A stretch of DNA of 64,000 nucleotides. Source: an uncultured delta proteobacterium. Lineage in GTDB: Bacteria; Desulfobacterota; Desulfomonilia; UBA1062. The notes below the pieces were generated by a model, which had not been told where the DNA came from, ran no database searches, and saw only the letters and a list, made by a program, of their open reading frames with translations. The stretch lies in NCBI GenBank assembly GCA_963798485.1, contig CAWCTR010000032.1, positions 18,984-82,983 of the forward strand, read 5' to 3'. Positions 52,142 through 61,831 of the stretch are shown here, piece by piece. A program made the translations under genes and the position numbers. How positions within the stretch are numbered: the stretch's first letter is position 1; each line of letters opens with the position of its first letter.

Positions 52142-52870
52142 ATGAGCAGGATTAAAGCCACTATGCTGATCTATGCAACCAGGTCTTTCGGTCTTGGTTC
52201 AATGATGCTGTTTTCCCTGTTTCTCTTCCTGGGCTCGTTCACCCTGATTGATCTTGGGCTGGACAGATCAAAGGCCCTGGCGGCTGATGCGCTCCTTTCC
52301 CTGCTCTTCTTTCTCCAGCACAGCATCATGGTCAGACAACCCATACGGAAGCGGCTCGCCGGGATCATCCCCGACATATTCTACAGCGCCTTCTATGCCT
52401 GTACATCAGGCATGGCCCTTCTCGTGGTGATGCTCCTGTGGCAGAAGACCCCGGCCCCTCTTTTTACAGCAGCGGGTGCATCATACTGGCTCCTTCGCAT
52501 GCTGTTTTTCCTGTGTATAGCAGGGTTTTCCTGGGGAAACAGGTCGCTGGGGTCATTCGATCCATTGGGGGTCAAGGCCATAAGTCGATACATGCGGGGA
52601 AAGTTATCCGTGCAGATGCCGCTGAAGGTCCGGGGCGCCTATCGATGGGTGAGGCATCCCCTTTACTTCTTTTCACTGATCATGTTCTGGTCCTGCCCTG
52701 TACTCACTGCCGACAGGCTGCTCTTCAACCTCATGTGGACAACCTGGATCATTACAGGCACGGTCCTTGAAGAGCGCGACCTTGTCAGTGAGTTCGGCGA
52801 TGGGTACCGGGAATACCAGAAAAGGGTACCCATGCTCCTCCCATACAAGCTGCCCGGCAAGGCGCCTTAA
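52142..52870 (+). CDS. Membrane methyltransferase, ICMT superfamily (MddA/nurim-like)
   Basis: FFLQHSIM, FDPLG, YRWVRHPLY, EERDL, YREYQKRVPMLLP. Confidence 0.8.
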   Translation: MSRIKATMLIYATRSFGLGSMMLFSLFLFLGSFTLIDLGLDRSKALAADALLSLLFFLQHSIMVRQPIRKRLAGIIPDIFYSAFYACTSGMALLVVMLLWQKTPAPLFTAAGASYWLLRMLFFLCIAGFSWGNRSLGSFDPLGVKAISRYMRGKLSVQMPLKVRGAYRWVRHPLYFFSLIMFWSCPVLTADRLLFNLMWTTWIITGTVLEERDLVSEFGDGYREYQKRVPMLLPYKLPGKAP

Positions 52871-52924
52871 GGTTTCATCTGCTTGAGGAAGCCCTCCAGC
52901 CTGCCCTTTTCACTCAGTACCTTG

Positions 52925-53461
52925 TTACGCTAAAGAGAACTTGACTTCACCGGTACATTCCCCTTTTACGTGCATCAGGCAGCCATTCGTATCAACCGCC
53001 ATGGTGTACTTTACACCGGCGCTCTCGATCCAGCAGAGTACGCGAAAGAGCACCCCGCACTCATAGCGGTCTATAACACCTAAGCGCTGCATGCCCTGAT
53101 AGGCAAAGCAGTCCCTCCCGGCCCACTCCCAACGCAGAACGTTCTTTTCCGGGAAGCTGTAGGTGAACCTCATGAAATCGCCCTTGCTCACAAGAAAGGC
53201 CGCATCGATGACTTCCTTGAGCCCTTCGAAGGTCTCGATGGTATTCTTATCAAGGCCGAAGAGCTCTCGGGCTCGTCTAAATTCGATGGCAGCGAGCGAC
53301 CTGATGGCAGCCTTGTTGATCCGGTTTGTCTCTTCTATGCCGCAGGACTGCAGGCAGTGAAGAAACCACATGGCATCGTGGGTCATCCAGTTCTTGAGTA
53401 TGTGTTCCTTTAGTACACGTGGACCAATCTGCTCAATCGTCTTCACAAACACCTCCCTCAA
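52925..53461 (-). CDS. Hypothetical protein (DUF6125-like)
   Basis: KNWMTHDAMWF start and Cys-containing C-terminus; overlaps the TetR stop. Confidence 0.6.
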   Translation of the reverse strand: MREVFVKTIEQIGPRVLKEHILKNWMTHDAMWFLHCLQSCGIEETNRINKAAIRSLAAIEFRRARELFGLDKNTIETFEGLKEVIDAAFLVSKGDFMRFTYSFPEKNVLRWEWAGRDCFAYQGMQRLGVIDRYECGVLFRVLCWIESAGVKYTMAVDTNGCLMHVKGECTGEVKFSLA

Positions 53462-54062
53462 AGGCCTTCAGTGCCTGCCAGGCAGCCTCGGAAAGGTGAC
53501 CGACGGCCTGGTCCATCGTGGTTCTGGTATGGCCGGAAAGATACTGCCGGGTGAATTCCATGCATGGTCCCAAGATAATGGAGATATAAATATCAGTCGG
53601 CAGGCCCCTGAGAGCCCCTGTTTTGATGTGTCCGCTGAACCATTGACCGATGTGTCGCATGAACTCCCTGTTGAGGTTTGCTATCTCCTCTTCTGTGTCG
53701 GACATGAATGCAAAGTGGCGCCTCTGGAACAGGTATCGCGACCATTCCACATTGTCCCGGACCCATTTCAAGTGGTGCTCGATCAGGGCGCAGATGCCTT
53801 CCTTCGCCCCCTGCCTGTCTTTTAATGCTGCGATCAGGCAGGCCTGGTAATCACGGATTCCTTCGAGATAAACCCTTGAAGCAAGCTGTTCCTTGCTCTT
53901 GAAGTGGTGGTAGATACTCCCGGTACTTGCCTTTGAATGGCTACGGATATCGGCCATGCTCGTCTCGGAAAACCCGATCTTTGAAAAACATGCCAGGGCG
54001 GCCCGTATTATTGTGCTGCGCCGTGAGTCGGTCCCTGCATGCGTGCCCTTTCGGCCCTTCAT
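53433..54062 (-). CDS. TetR-family regulator
   Basis: STGSIYHHFKSKEQL. Confidence 0.9.
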   Translation of the reverse strand: MKGRKGTHAGTDSRRSTIIRAALACFSKIGFSETSMADIRSHSKASTGSIYHHFKSKEQLASRVYLEGIRDYQACLIAALKDRQGAKEGICALIEHHLKWVRDNVEWSRYLFQRRHFAFMSDTEEEIANLNREFMRHIGQWFSGHIKTGALRGLPTDIYISIILGPCMEFTRQYLSGHTRTTMDQAVGHLSEAAWQALKAFEGGVCEDD

Positions 54063-54097
54063 ATTAGAATCTTATTTTAGAATATTGTTCTAGTCAA
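54063..54097 (-). promoter_or_regulatory. Promoter and operator of the tetR gene (likely leaderless)
   Basis: TTGACT-N17-TAAGAT-N6-ATG; palindrome TAGAATATTGTTCTA at 54078-54092. Confidence 0.65.
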
Positions 54098-54258
54098 GAA
54101 ATATTTTTTCCCTTAACAAGCGTACTTAAACAAGGACCATACGGCGCTTTCGGTACACATATCGCTGTATCAGGTCTCCCCTGATCGTTGTAATTGTTCA
54201 AGTCTCTGTGTTATGAAACTTAGGCGAATCAGGCGAGAAATCAACAATCGGAGTAGAA

Positions 54259-55209
54259 ATGAAAAGGATCTTTGTCGTAGATATAGGCGGGACCAATAGC
54301 AGGTTTGCCGTGTTCGAGGTTCATTCCCAGTATTCAATGACATTAATAAACAGTATCTGGTTACGCACCGGTGATGCCCGTTCTTTTGACGAGTTGATCA
54401 GACAGCAGGCCATAAACTGCCCCGAACTCATTATTTACGATTGTGACGCCCTGGTCATTGCCGTACCGGGACCGGTGCTCGACGACACCAAGGTGGAAAT
54501 GGTGAATGTATTGTGGGCAATTGATATCCAGCACCTGAAGAAGAGCTTCGGCCTTCCCATATATTTCATCAACGACTTCATGGCTCAGGGTTATGGTTGT
54601 TTAACAAAGTCACTCGATGATCAGATAAGGATCAAAGACGGGACATCATGCATGCCCTGCGACATCGCTGTTGTGGGTGCCGGCACGGGGTTGGGCCATT
54701 GTTATCTGAAGACGGACGGCTCCGGAGGCTACATACCTATTCCGGCCGAAGCGGGCCAGATACCTTATCCCTTTATTGATAAGGAGGAATTTGATTTCAG
54801 GGCATTCATCATGGATAACCTGGCAATCCCATACCCCACGGGTGACACCGTTGTTTCAGGCCCCGGCCTTGCCCTGCTGCATAATTTCTTAACCGGCGAA
54901 GACCTCACCCCGGACCAGGTTGCAAAAAAGATCACCCCGGAGAACGATACGACCAAGTGGTTTGCACGGTTCTATGCACGGTCTTGCCGCAACTACTGTC
55001 TGTCCAAACTGTCCCCGGCTGGCGTGCTCTTTATCACAGGCGGCCTTGCGGGCAACTATCCATTTCTGGTGAATAACGATATATTCCGCAATGAATTTAT
55101 TACCTCCACCCTGAAGAGCCCTTATCTTGATCGGCTGCCGATTTATTTAAATACGAACGAGAATAATGGCCTGTGGGGATCAGCCTTATATGGATTTCTC
55201 CACTTTTAA
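54259..55209 (+). CDS. glk: Glucokinase
   Basis: DIGGTNSRF, INDF, GAGTGLG, VSGPGL. Confidence 0.85.
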   Translation: MKRIFVVDIGGTNSRFAVFEVHSQYSMTLINSIWLRTGDARSFDELIRQQAINCPELIIYDCDALVIAVPGPVLDDTKVEMVNVLWAIDIQHLKKSFGLPIYFINDFMAQGYGCLTKSLDDQIRIKDGTSCMPCDIAVVGAGTGLGHCYLKTDGSGGYIPIPAEAGQIPYPFIDKEEFDFRAFIMDNLAIPYPTGDTVVSGPGLALLHNFLTGEDLTPDQVAKKITPENDTTKWFARFYARSCRNYCLSKLSPAGVLFITGGLAGNYPFLVNNDIFRNEFITSTLKSPYLDRLPIYLNTNENNGLWGSALYGFLHF

Positions 55210-55259
55210 AACCATTGGGGATTGGACCGGGCGGGCTCATGGGATTATACTAGAGAATC

Positions 55260-55889
55260 ATGAAGAATGTATATTGCTCAGGCCCCTTATTTTGCCCTGA
55301 AGAGATCGCAGGGATGAACGCCATTGCCAAGGTTCTTGAAGATGCCGGCTACGGAACTTTTCTGCCCCACAAGGACGGCCTTGAGCGATATGTCCTGGGC
55401 TTCGTGAACACCTCGTTGAACATCAACATCCTCGGGATGAGGGACAGGATCGACCGTGCGATATTCGCACTTGATGTCTATCAGATCGTGGAACACTGCG
55501 AATACTTTGTCTTCAACATGAACGGCAGGGTGCCCGACGAGGGCGCCGTGGCGGAGGCAGGCATAGCATTCGCCACAGGGAAACCCGTTGTGCTCTATAA
55601 GAACGATTACCGTTCAACCTTTTGCGGAAAAGATAATTCCATGTTACTCGGCTTGTCCGTCCTGGACCCGGTAGGGGATAGGAAAAAGCTGCCTTCAGCC
55701 CTCCTGGATGCGCAGGAGATACTTGAAAAGCAAGGCTCACCAGACAAACCCGCACTTCCAGCCGGACTGTCAAGGGTTGTCGGCCAGGGGAGAAAAATCT
55801 GGCGCTTTCTTGATACATACCCGGTAAGGGCACTCGGGGAGAAAGACATCCTCCCCCTATTTAAGGAGATCGTAAGGATCGAGGATTGA
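55260..55889 (+). CDS. Nucleoside 2-deoxyribosyltransferase family protein
   Basis: YCSGPLF, FLPH, DEGAVAEAG, N.ML. Confidence 0.82.
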   Translation: MKNVYCSGPLFCPEEIAGMNAIAKVLEDAGYGTFLPHKDGLERYVLGFVNTSLNINILGMRDRIDRAIFALDVYQIVEHCEYFVFNMNGRVPDEGAVAEAGIAFATGKPVVLYKNDYRSTFCGKDNSMLLGLSVLDPVGDRKKLPSALLDAQEILEKQGSPDKPALPAGLSRVVGQGRKIWRFLDTYPVRALGEKDILPLFKEIVRIED

Positions 55890-55950
55890 AAAGGGCGGCA
55901 GAATCAAAGAGGGCTTGACAGATTTTCTCTAGGCTACTATTGGTAATAAT

Positions 55951-56460
55951 ATGCAACAAGAATATCTCAAACCTGAATGTAAGACCTGCACCCCGAATGG
56001 GAATTGCGTTGTTAAATTCAGCTCTATACTAACATCAACGGGCGGCAGACTCACAAAAGAACGGCTCTCTTTATTGCTAACTGTTTGCAATATTGACGGC
56101 CATTTCCACCCCTACCACGTGCTCGACCTTCTCAATGCACAGGGGTACACCCTGTCTCTGACCACCGTGTATCGCAACCTGGCGCTGCTCGTCCAGGCGG
56201 GCATCATACGCAGGGCGTCCATCCAGGAAGACGCAGGCACCGGGGGGGTTTGGTACGAGCACATCTGGGACCACGAGCACCACGACCATCTTGTCTGCTC
56301 ACACTGCGGGATGAAGGTGGAATTCTCCTACCCGGCCATCGAGGTCCTCCAGGAAGCGGTGGCAAGGGAACACGGATTCATCCTGGAGAGCCACCACCTG
56401 GAGCTCAACGGGTTGTGCCCTGATTGCCGGAACAAGCAGGGTCCCGGAGGCGAGGCATGA
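55951..56460 (+). CDS. Fur-family regulator
   Basis: TTVYRNL, HHDHLVCSHCG, GLCPDC. Confidence 0.9.
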   Translation: MQQEYLKPECKTCTPNGNCVVKFSSILTSTGGRLTKERLSLLLTVCNIDGHFHPYHVLDLLNAQGYTLSLTTVYRNLALLVQAGIIRRASIQEDAGTGGVWYEHIWDHEHHDHLVCSHCGMKVEFSYPAIEVLQEAVAREHGFILESHHLELNGLCPDCRNKQGPGGEA

Positions 56461-56555
56461 GGCAATCCAACCCCCCCTTATCCCGGTTTATCATCCGTTC
56501 GGTCCGTGCCGAAAAAGACTTGTATCGAAGTATATATTGAAAGGTTCACACCCAT

Positions 56556-56837
56556 ATGCGAGAGACATCAACCATTGATCCCCAGGAGAAGAACCCATCC
56601 ACGTTATTGGAACTGAAGCAGGGCGAGACGGCTGTCGTCACCGGGATCACCGGCGGCAGGACCGCCCGCGCCCGTATAGCAGGGTTCGGCATTTACGAAG
56701 GGAAGAGGATCCGCATGATCAAGGCGGCCCCCTTTCATGGACCGCTGCTCATTGAGGACACGGCTTCAGGCGCACGGACCATGATCGGCCGCGGCATGGC
56801 AGCCTCAGTGGAGGTAAGCCCTGAAAAAACCTCGTGA
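56556..56837 (+). CDS. feoA: Ferrous iron transport protein A
   Basis: LLELKQGE, GIYEG, APFHGP, IGRGMA. Confidence 0.88.
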   Translation: MRETSTIDPQEKNPSTLLELKQGETAVVTGITGGRTARARIAGFGIYEGKRIRMIKAAPFHGPLLIEDTASGARTMIGRGMAASVEVSPEKTS

Positions 56838-58758
56838 CGAGCTTGTCATCGCGCTCGCCGGCCAGCCCAACTGCGGCAAATCCACGCTTTTCAATGCAGT
56901 AGCAGGGTTCAAGGTGAATACCGGGAACTTTGCAGGCACTACGGTCACCTTTACCGAGACAAAGGTATTGCTCGAAGGCAGGACACTAAGGCTCATCGAC
57001 CTGCCCGGTACCTACTCCATCTCCTCCCACGACATCGCAGAGAAACAGGCCCGTGATTATCTGCTCTCAGGGAATGCGGACGTCATCATCAACGTGCTCG
57101 ATGCGTCGCTGCTGGAACGTTCACTGGAGCTCACCATGCAGCTCCTGGAGATGAACATCCCCATGGTGATCGGCCTGAACATGTTCGATGAGGCCCAGGC
57201 AAAGGGGATCGAGATCGATTTTGCCAAACTCAAGGCACTGACCGGCGTGGACGCCTGCCCGCTCGTGGCGGTCGAGGGCAGCGGCGTGCGCGAGCTCTTC
57301 GAGTCGGCCTTCAGGGCGGCCATGGAGGAGTTCAAACCGATAAAGCCCGTTTACGACCGCGACGTTGAAGAATGTATTGCCGACATCACGTCACGTTATC
57401 CCTCTAGCCTGAAGGACACCCTGAAGATGGATGAGCGGTTCGTGATCATCAGGCTCCTTGAGATGGATGAGGAGTTCGAGCGCATGGTTGGAACGGCCGA
57501 CAAGCCATTCCTGCACTATGTCCTTGAAAAGCGCCGGCAGCTGGCCGAGGTGCACAACTGGCCCGAGGCGGGTGTGTTCGAGTCGCACCGCCACGCGTAC
57601 GTGTTCGATCTCTTCGAACAGGTCGCCATCGTAAGGCACAAGCATGGCAGGAACATAAGGGAAAACATCGACCGCTTCATCATCAACCCTATCGGCGGCT
57701 TTGTTGCAATTGTCGGGCTGCTGTTCTTGATGTTCTTCGCATCGTTCAAGATGGGAGACTTCCTGACCGGCCTCATCGAAGCGCCGCTTGATGCATTGGG
57801 CCACAGGCTTACGGGCATGACCGGGGGGCTAACCGCCGTTGCCGTTTCAGGGCTTTACGGCGGACTCGTCTCCGGCGCGGGGATCGTGCTGCCCTACCTC
57901 GTCCCCCTGCTCATCCTCTTGGCCATCCTTGAGGACTCAGGCCTGCTGCCGAGGATCGCCTTCATGGTGGACGGCATCCTCCACCGGTTCGGCCTGCACG
58001 GCAAATCGGCCGTTCCCATCATCCTGGGCTACGGGTGCAACGTGCCGGCCATCATGGCCGCCCGCGGACTGGAGTACGAGCGCGACCGGGTGCTGACCAT
58101 GCTCATCATCCCGTTCATCGCCTGCTCGGCCAGGACAGTCATCATCCTGGCCCTGGCCGGCAGATACCTGGGCGCTGTCTACACCACCGCCATCTATGCC
58201 GGAAACATCCTGGTGGCGCTTATGGTATCGTTTGCCCTGTCGCGCCTTCAGGTGGACATGTCGCCCGGCATCATCATGGACGTGCCCCCGCTGAGGCGCC
58301 CCTACCCCGGCCTGGTGGCCTCAAAGGTGTGGTGGAGACTCAGGGAGTTCCTCGCCTTTGCCTGGCCTGTGATCGTAATATCGAGCCTGGCCCTTGCCTT
58401 TATCTCGCATGCGGGGCTGGATAAGCCGGTGAACGCCCTGCTGGCGCCCGTCACCTCGGGCATTTTGAGGCTCCCGGAGGCGACCGGCATCACCTTGTTC
58501 CTCGGCATCTTCCGCAAAGAGCTCACGCTCCTTATGCTGAACCAGGCACTCGGTGCCGCTGATGTCTCGACCATCCTGTCGCACGGACAGATACTCGTAC
58601 TCGTGGTCTTCACGGTGCTCTACATCCCCTGTGTGGCCACTATTTCGACGCTCTGGAAAGAAGGCGGGTGGAAGGTGGCCCTGTATTCCATCGCCCTGAA
58701 CACCACCGTGGCCCTCGTCGTGGCAGGCGGCATAGCCCATATGATAACCATGCTGTAA
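56821..58758 (+). CDS. feoB: Ferrous iron transport protein B (probable CTG start)
   Basis: GQPNCGKS lies upstream of the track's GTG; GNFAGTT, DLPG, GYGCNVP, PFIACSAR, YIPC. Confidence 0.93.
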   Translation: MKKPRDELVIALAGQPNCGKSTLFNAVAGFKVNTGNFAGTTVTFTETKVLLEGRTLRLIDLPGTYSISSHDIAEKQARDYLLSGNADVIINVLDASLLERSLELTMQLLEMNIPMVIGLNMFDEAQAKGIEIDFAKLKALTGVDACPLVAVEGSGVRELFESAFRAAMEEFKPIKPVYDRDVEECIADITSRYPSSLKDTLKMDERFVIIRLLEMDEEFERMVGTADKPFLHYVLEKRRQLAEVHNWPEAGVFESHRHAYVFDLFEQVAIVRHKHGRNIRENIDRFIINPIGGFVAIVGLLFLMFFASFKMGDFLTGLIEAPLDALGHRLTGMTGGLTAVAVSGLYGGLVSGAGIVLPYLVPLLILLAILEDSGLLPRIAFMVDGILHRFGLHGKSAVPIILGYGCNVPAIMAARGLEYERDRVLTMLIIPFIACSARTVIILALAGRYLGAVYTTAIYAGNILVALMVSFALSRLQVDMSPGIIMDVPPLRRPYPGLVASKVWWRLREFLAFAWPVIVISSLALAFISHAGLDKPVNALLAPVTSGILRLPEATGITLFLGIFRKELTLLMLNQALGAADVSTILSHGQILVLVVFTVLYIPCVATISTLWKEGGWKVALYSIALNTTVALVVAGGIAHMITML

Positions 58759-58805
58759 GGCGGCCGACTCCTTAGAAAATAAGGTCCTTCTCTGTAAAGC
58801 GTACT

Positions 58806-58866
58806 TTTTTAGGAAGCCCTAAAGGTATTTTGAGGCACATTGTTTTCACCTCAAAGGACACGAAGA
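58806..58866. repeat. 61-bp intergenic repeat, copy A
   Basis: 53/61 identical to 61462-61522 by manual alignment. Confidence 0.7.
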
Positions 58867-58929
58867 AGATCTAAGAAATGTATAACAGGTACTCTTGTAT
58901 CCTTTGCCCCGGTCTGAGATTTCAAGAGC

Positions 58930-59038
58930 CAGTAGGTTGGGTTGAACTTGTGAAACCCAACAACAAGACTTAAGATACAATCCATTCAAATATTCAGATC
59001 TTGATGTGTTGGGTTTCGTTCCTCAACCCAACCTACTG
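58930..59038. repeat. 109-bp GTAG-type REP doublet (REPIN-like), copy 1
   Basis: Terminal IR CAGTAGGTTGGGTTGA...TCAACCCAACCTACTG; near-identical to 61723-61831. Confidence 0.88.
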
Positions 59039-59173
59039 ACTATTTCGACGCTCTGGAAAGAAGGCGGGTGGAAGGTGGCCCTGTATTCCATCGCCCTGAA
59101 CACCACCGTGGCCCTCTTCGTAGCAGGCGGCATAGCCCATATGATGGCCATGCAGTAAGGCGTCCGAGTCCTT
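59039..59173 (+). pseudogene. Duplicated 3' end of feoB
   Basis: Copy of 58639-58773 at a 400-bp offset, 7 mismatches in 135 bp. Confidence 0.9.
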
Positions 59174-59275
59174 TGTTCGAGATGACAAGGATATTGTCTC
59201 TTGAATTCCCATCCTTTCGATCGATCTGGCATTCCGCTCAATCTTGTTGTACTCTTTTGCACGGACGGAGGGACT

Positions 59276-60799
59276 ATGCGTGACAGACACAGGCTCTGGG
59301 GTGAAACGACGGCCTTTCTGGCCCTTTTTCTCGACAATCTCGGGGTACTCGTCTTCCTGAGTTCGATCCTGATCTTCACCTTCAACTACCCTGCGGAGAT
59401 CATCCTGAAACGCATGATCCCCGGTACGGCCCTCGGCGTCCTCTTCGGCGACCTCATCTATACCTGGCTGGCGCTGCGCCTCATGAAGAAGACCGGCCGC
59501 TCCGACGTCACCGCCATGCCGCTCGGGCTGGACACCCCGTCGTCCATAGGCCTCGCCTATGCCGTGCTGGGCCCGGCCTATATCGCCACGCACGACGCCG
59601 AACTGACCTGGCACATCGGAATGGCGACCCTGTTCATGATCGGCATGGTCAAGCTCGTCACCTCCTTCCTGGGCGGTTTCGTGCAGCGCATCATACCCAC
59701 GGCCGGGCTCCTGGGGTCCATCGCCGGGGTGGGCCTCATGCTGTTGGGCTTTCTGCCGCTCCTTGAGATCTTCAACGAGGTCGTGGTGGGCATGGTGGCC
59801 CTCGGGCTCATCTTCGCAGTGCTCCTGGGCCGGCTCGAGCTCCCTGGCAGGATCCCGGGCGTGCTGGCGGCCCTGCTGCTGGGCACTGCCCTGCATTTCA
59901 TCTTAGGATACAGCGGGTACCTTCCGGAATTTTCAAGACCGTCCTTCGAGATGAGCCTGTGCATACCGGTCTTTTCTACAGGCTTCCTGAAGGACCTGCC
60001 AAGGGCTGTCCAGTACCTGCCCATAGCCATTCCCTTCGGGCTGCTGACCATCATCGGCGGGATCAACAACACCGAGAGCGCACGGCTGGCAGGCGACGAC
60101 TACAAAACCAGGGACATCCTCTTGACCGAGGCGCTGACCTCGCTGATTGCCGCCTTCTTCGGCGGTGTGGCGCAGACTACGCCGTACATCGGCCACCCGG
60201 CCTACAAAAAGATGGGCGCCACGTGGTGGTATACGCTGCTCACCGGGCTGCTTGTGGGCCTGGGTTCGCTGGTGGGCCTGCTCTCATTGATTGTGAGCCT
60301 GATCCCGCGTGCGGTCCTGGCGCCGATCTTCATGTTCATCGGCTTCGAGATCGTGCGGCAGGCATACAGGGAATCCCCGAGCGAGCATTCGGAGGCGGTG
60401 AGCTTCAGTTTCCTGCCGGTTATCGCCAGCCTCATCATGATCGTGCTCGGCCAGTTCCTGGGTGCGGCCGGCATCACTCCGGATAAGCTGCCGGTGCGGC
60501 TGGGTGTGTTGCTCCAGTCGCTGACCGTACTCAGTAACGGGTTTATCATGACAGCGCTGCTCTGGGGGGGCATGATGGCCTATGTCATCGACCGCAGGCC
60601 CAGGATGGCCGCTCTGTATGCCCTTGTCTGCGCGTCTTTGAGCATGTTCGGCATCATCCATTCCGTGTTGCCCACAGGCGAGGTGTACCTGCCCTGGAAG
60701 GTCGCGTCACACGTGCATTACACCCTTGCGCTGGGCTATACGCTACTCGCCGGGATATTCCTGATACTCACCAACAGCCATAACGAGCAGCGGGTGTAA
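59276..60799 (+). CDS. NCS2/xanthine-uracil-like permease
   Basis: DVTAMPLGLDTP, TTPYIGHPAYKKMGA; many TM helices. Confidence 0.8.
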   Translation: MRDRHRLWGETTAFLALFLDNLGVLVFLSSILIFTFNYPAEIILKRMIPGTALGVLFGDLIYTWLALRLMKKTGRSDVTAMPLGLDTPSSIGLAYAVLGPAYIATHDAELTWHIGMATLFMIGMVKLVTSFLGGFVQRIIPTAGLLGSIAGVGLMLLGFLPLLEIFNEVVVGMVALGLIFAVLLGRLELPGRIPGVLAALLLGTALHFILGYSGYLPEFSRPSFEMSLCIPVFSTGFLKDLPRAVQYLPIAIPFGLLTIIGGINNTESARLAGDDYKTRDILLTEALTSLIAAFFGGVAQTTPYIGHPAYKKMGATWWYTLLTGLLVGLGSLVGLLSLIVSLIPRAVLAPIFMFIGFEIVRQAYRESPSEHSEAVSFSFLPVIASLIMIVLGQFLGAAGITPDKLPVRLGVLLQSLTVLSNGFIMTALLWGGMMAYVIDRRPRMAALYALVCASLSMFGIIHSVLPTGEVYLPWKVASHVHYTLALGYTLLAGIFLILTNSHNEQRV

Positions 60800-60825
60800 T
60801 TGCCGCTCATAGGAGGTGTGCAACC

Positions 60826-61458
60826 ATGTTAACAAATAAATCATGGATAGTGTGTTTATGCATGCTGGGATTCAGCCTTCTTGCATGCTGCAGTTCCAAG
60901 GACATCAAGCTCATCGATAGAAGCTATGGGGAGACAGGCATGTCGAACGGCATTCTGGTAGTCTATGGCACATGGGCCGGCTCCACGGCCGAGGTGGCGG
61001 ATGTCATCGCCAAGGCACTGGCCGAAGGCGGAGCCAAGGTGGATGTGAAGCCGGTAGAATCGGTGAAAAGCCTGGCCGGATACCACGCCGTCGTCATAGG
61101 CAGCGCCATCCGGATTGGAAAGGTGAAGCCCGAAGTGTTGAATTTCGTGAAAAATCACCAATCCGAGCTTAGGGGCATTCCCACAGCCTATTTTGTTGTC
61201 TGCATGACCATGAAGGACGACACGCCCGGGAACCGCAAGACCGTGGATGCCTATCTGGACCCTCTGCGAGAACAGGTCAGGCCTGTTGATGTGGGGCTTT
61301 TTGCCGGCAAGATGGACTATTCCAAGCTGGGCCTTTTTGCACGCATTGCCGTGAAGTATTTCGTCAAGGTGCCCGAGGGTGACTTCCGCGACTGGAACGC
61401 CATCAAGGCCTGGTCAAAGGCCCTTTTACCCAAGCTGGAATCAAAGCCGGGGCAATAA
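60826..61458 (+). CDS. Flavodoxin-domain protein (HemG-like) with lipoprotein-like signal
   Basis: LVVYGTWAGSTAEVA, VVIGSAI, FAGKMDY, DFRDW. Confidence 0.82.
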   Translation: MLTNKSWIVCLCMLGFSLLACCSSKDIKLIDRSYGETGMSNGILVVYGTWAGSTAEVADVIAKALAEGGAKVDVKPVESVKSLAGYHAVVIGSAIRIGKVKPEVLNFVKNHQSELRGIPTAYFVVCMTMKDDTPGNRKTVDAYLDPLREQVRPVDVGLFAGKMDYSKLGLFARIAVKYFVKVPEGDFRDWNAIKAWSKALLPKLESKPGQ

Positions 61459-61461
61459 CCC

Positions 61462-61522
61462 TTTTTAGGAGGCTCTAAAGATATTTTGAGGCTCATTTTT
61501 TCCACCACGAAGGACACGAAGA
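61462..61522. repeat. 61-bp intergenic repeat, copy B
   Basis: Matches 58806-58866; continues with CACGAAG repeats. Confidence 0.7.
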
Positions 61523-61722
61523 GCACGAAGAAAATTATTGGACGAAACGCTTATCGCCTGTACGAAGCATCTTCAAGTAGAGTTGATTGGCAGGCCTGCC
61601 TTGACACTTGCCAACTTCATTTAGGATAAGATGGACCTTCACAGAGGGTTCAAAAGAATTTTATCCTTCGTACTGCTATCCATCATTTTCTCGTTCTTTG
61701 CGTATCATTTTCATACGGCCAC

Positions 61723-61831
61723 CAGTAGGTTGGGTTGAACTTGTGAAACCCAACAACAAGACTTGAGATAGAATCCATCCAAATATTCATATCTTGATGT
61801 GTTGGGTTTCGTTCCTCAACCCAACCTACTG
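61723..61831. repeat. 109-bp GTAG-type REP doublet, copy 2
   Basis: Same termini and spacer as 58930-59038. Confidence 0.88.
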
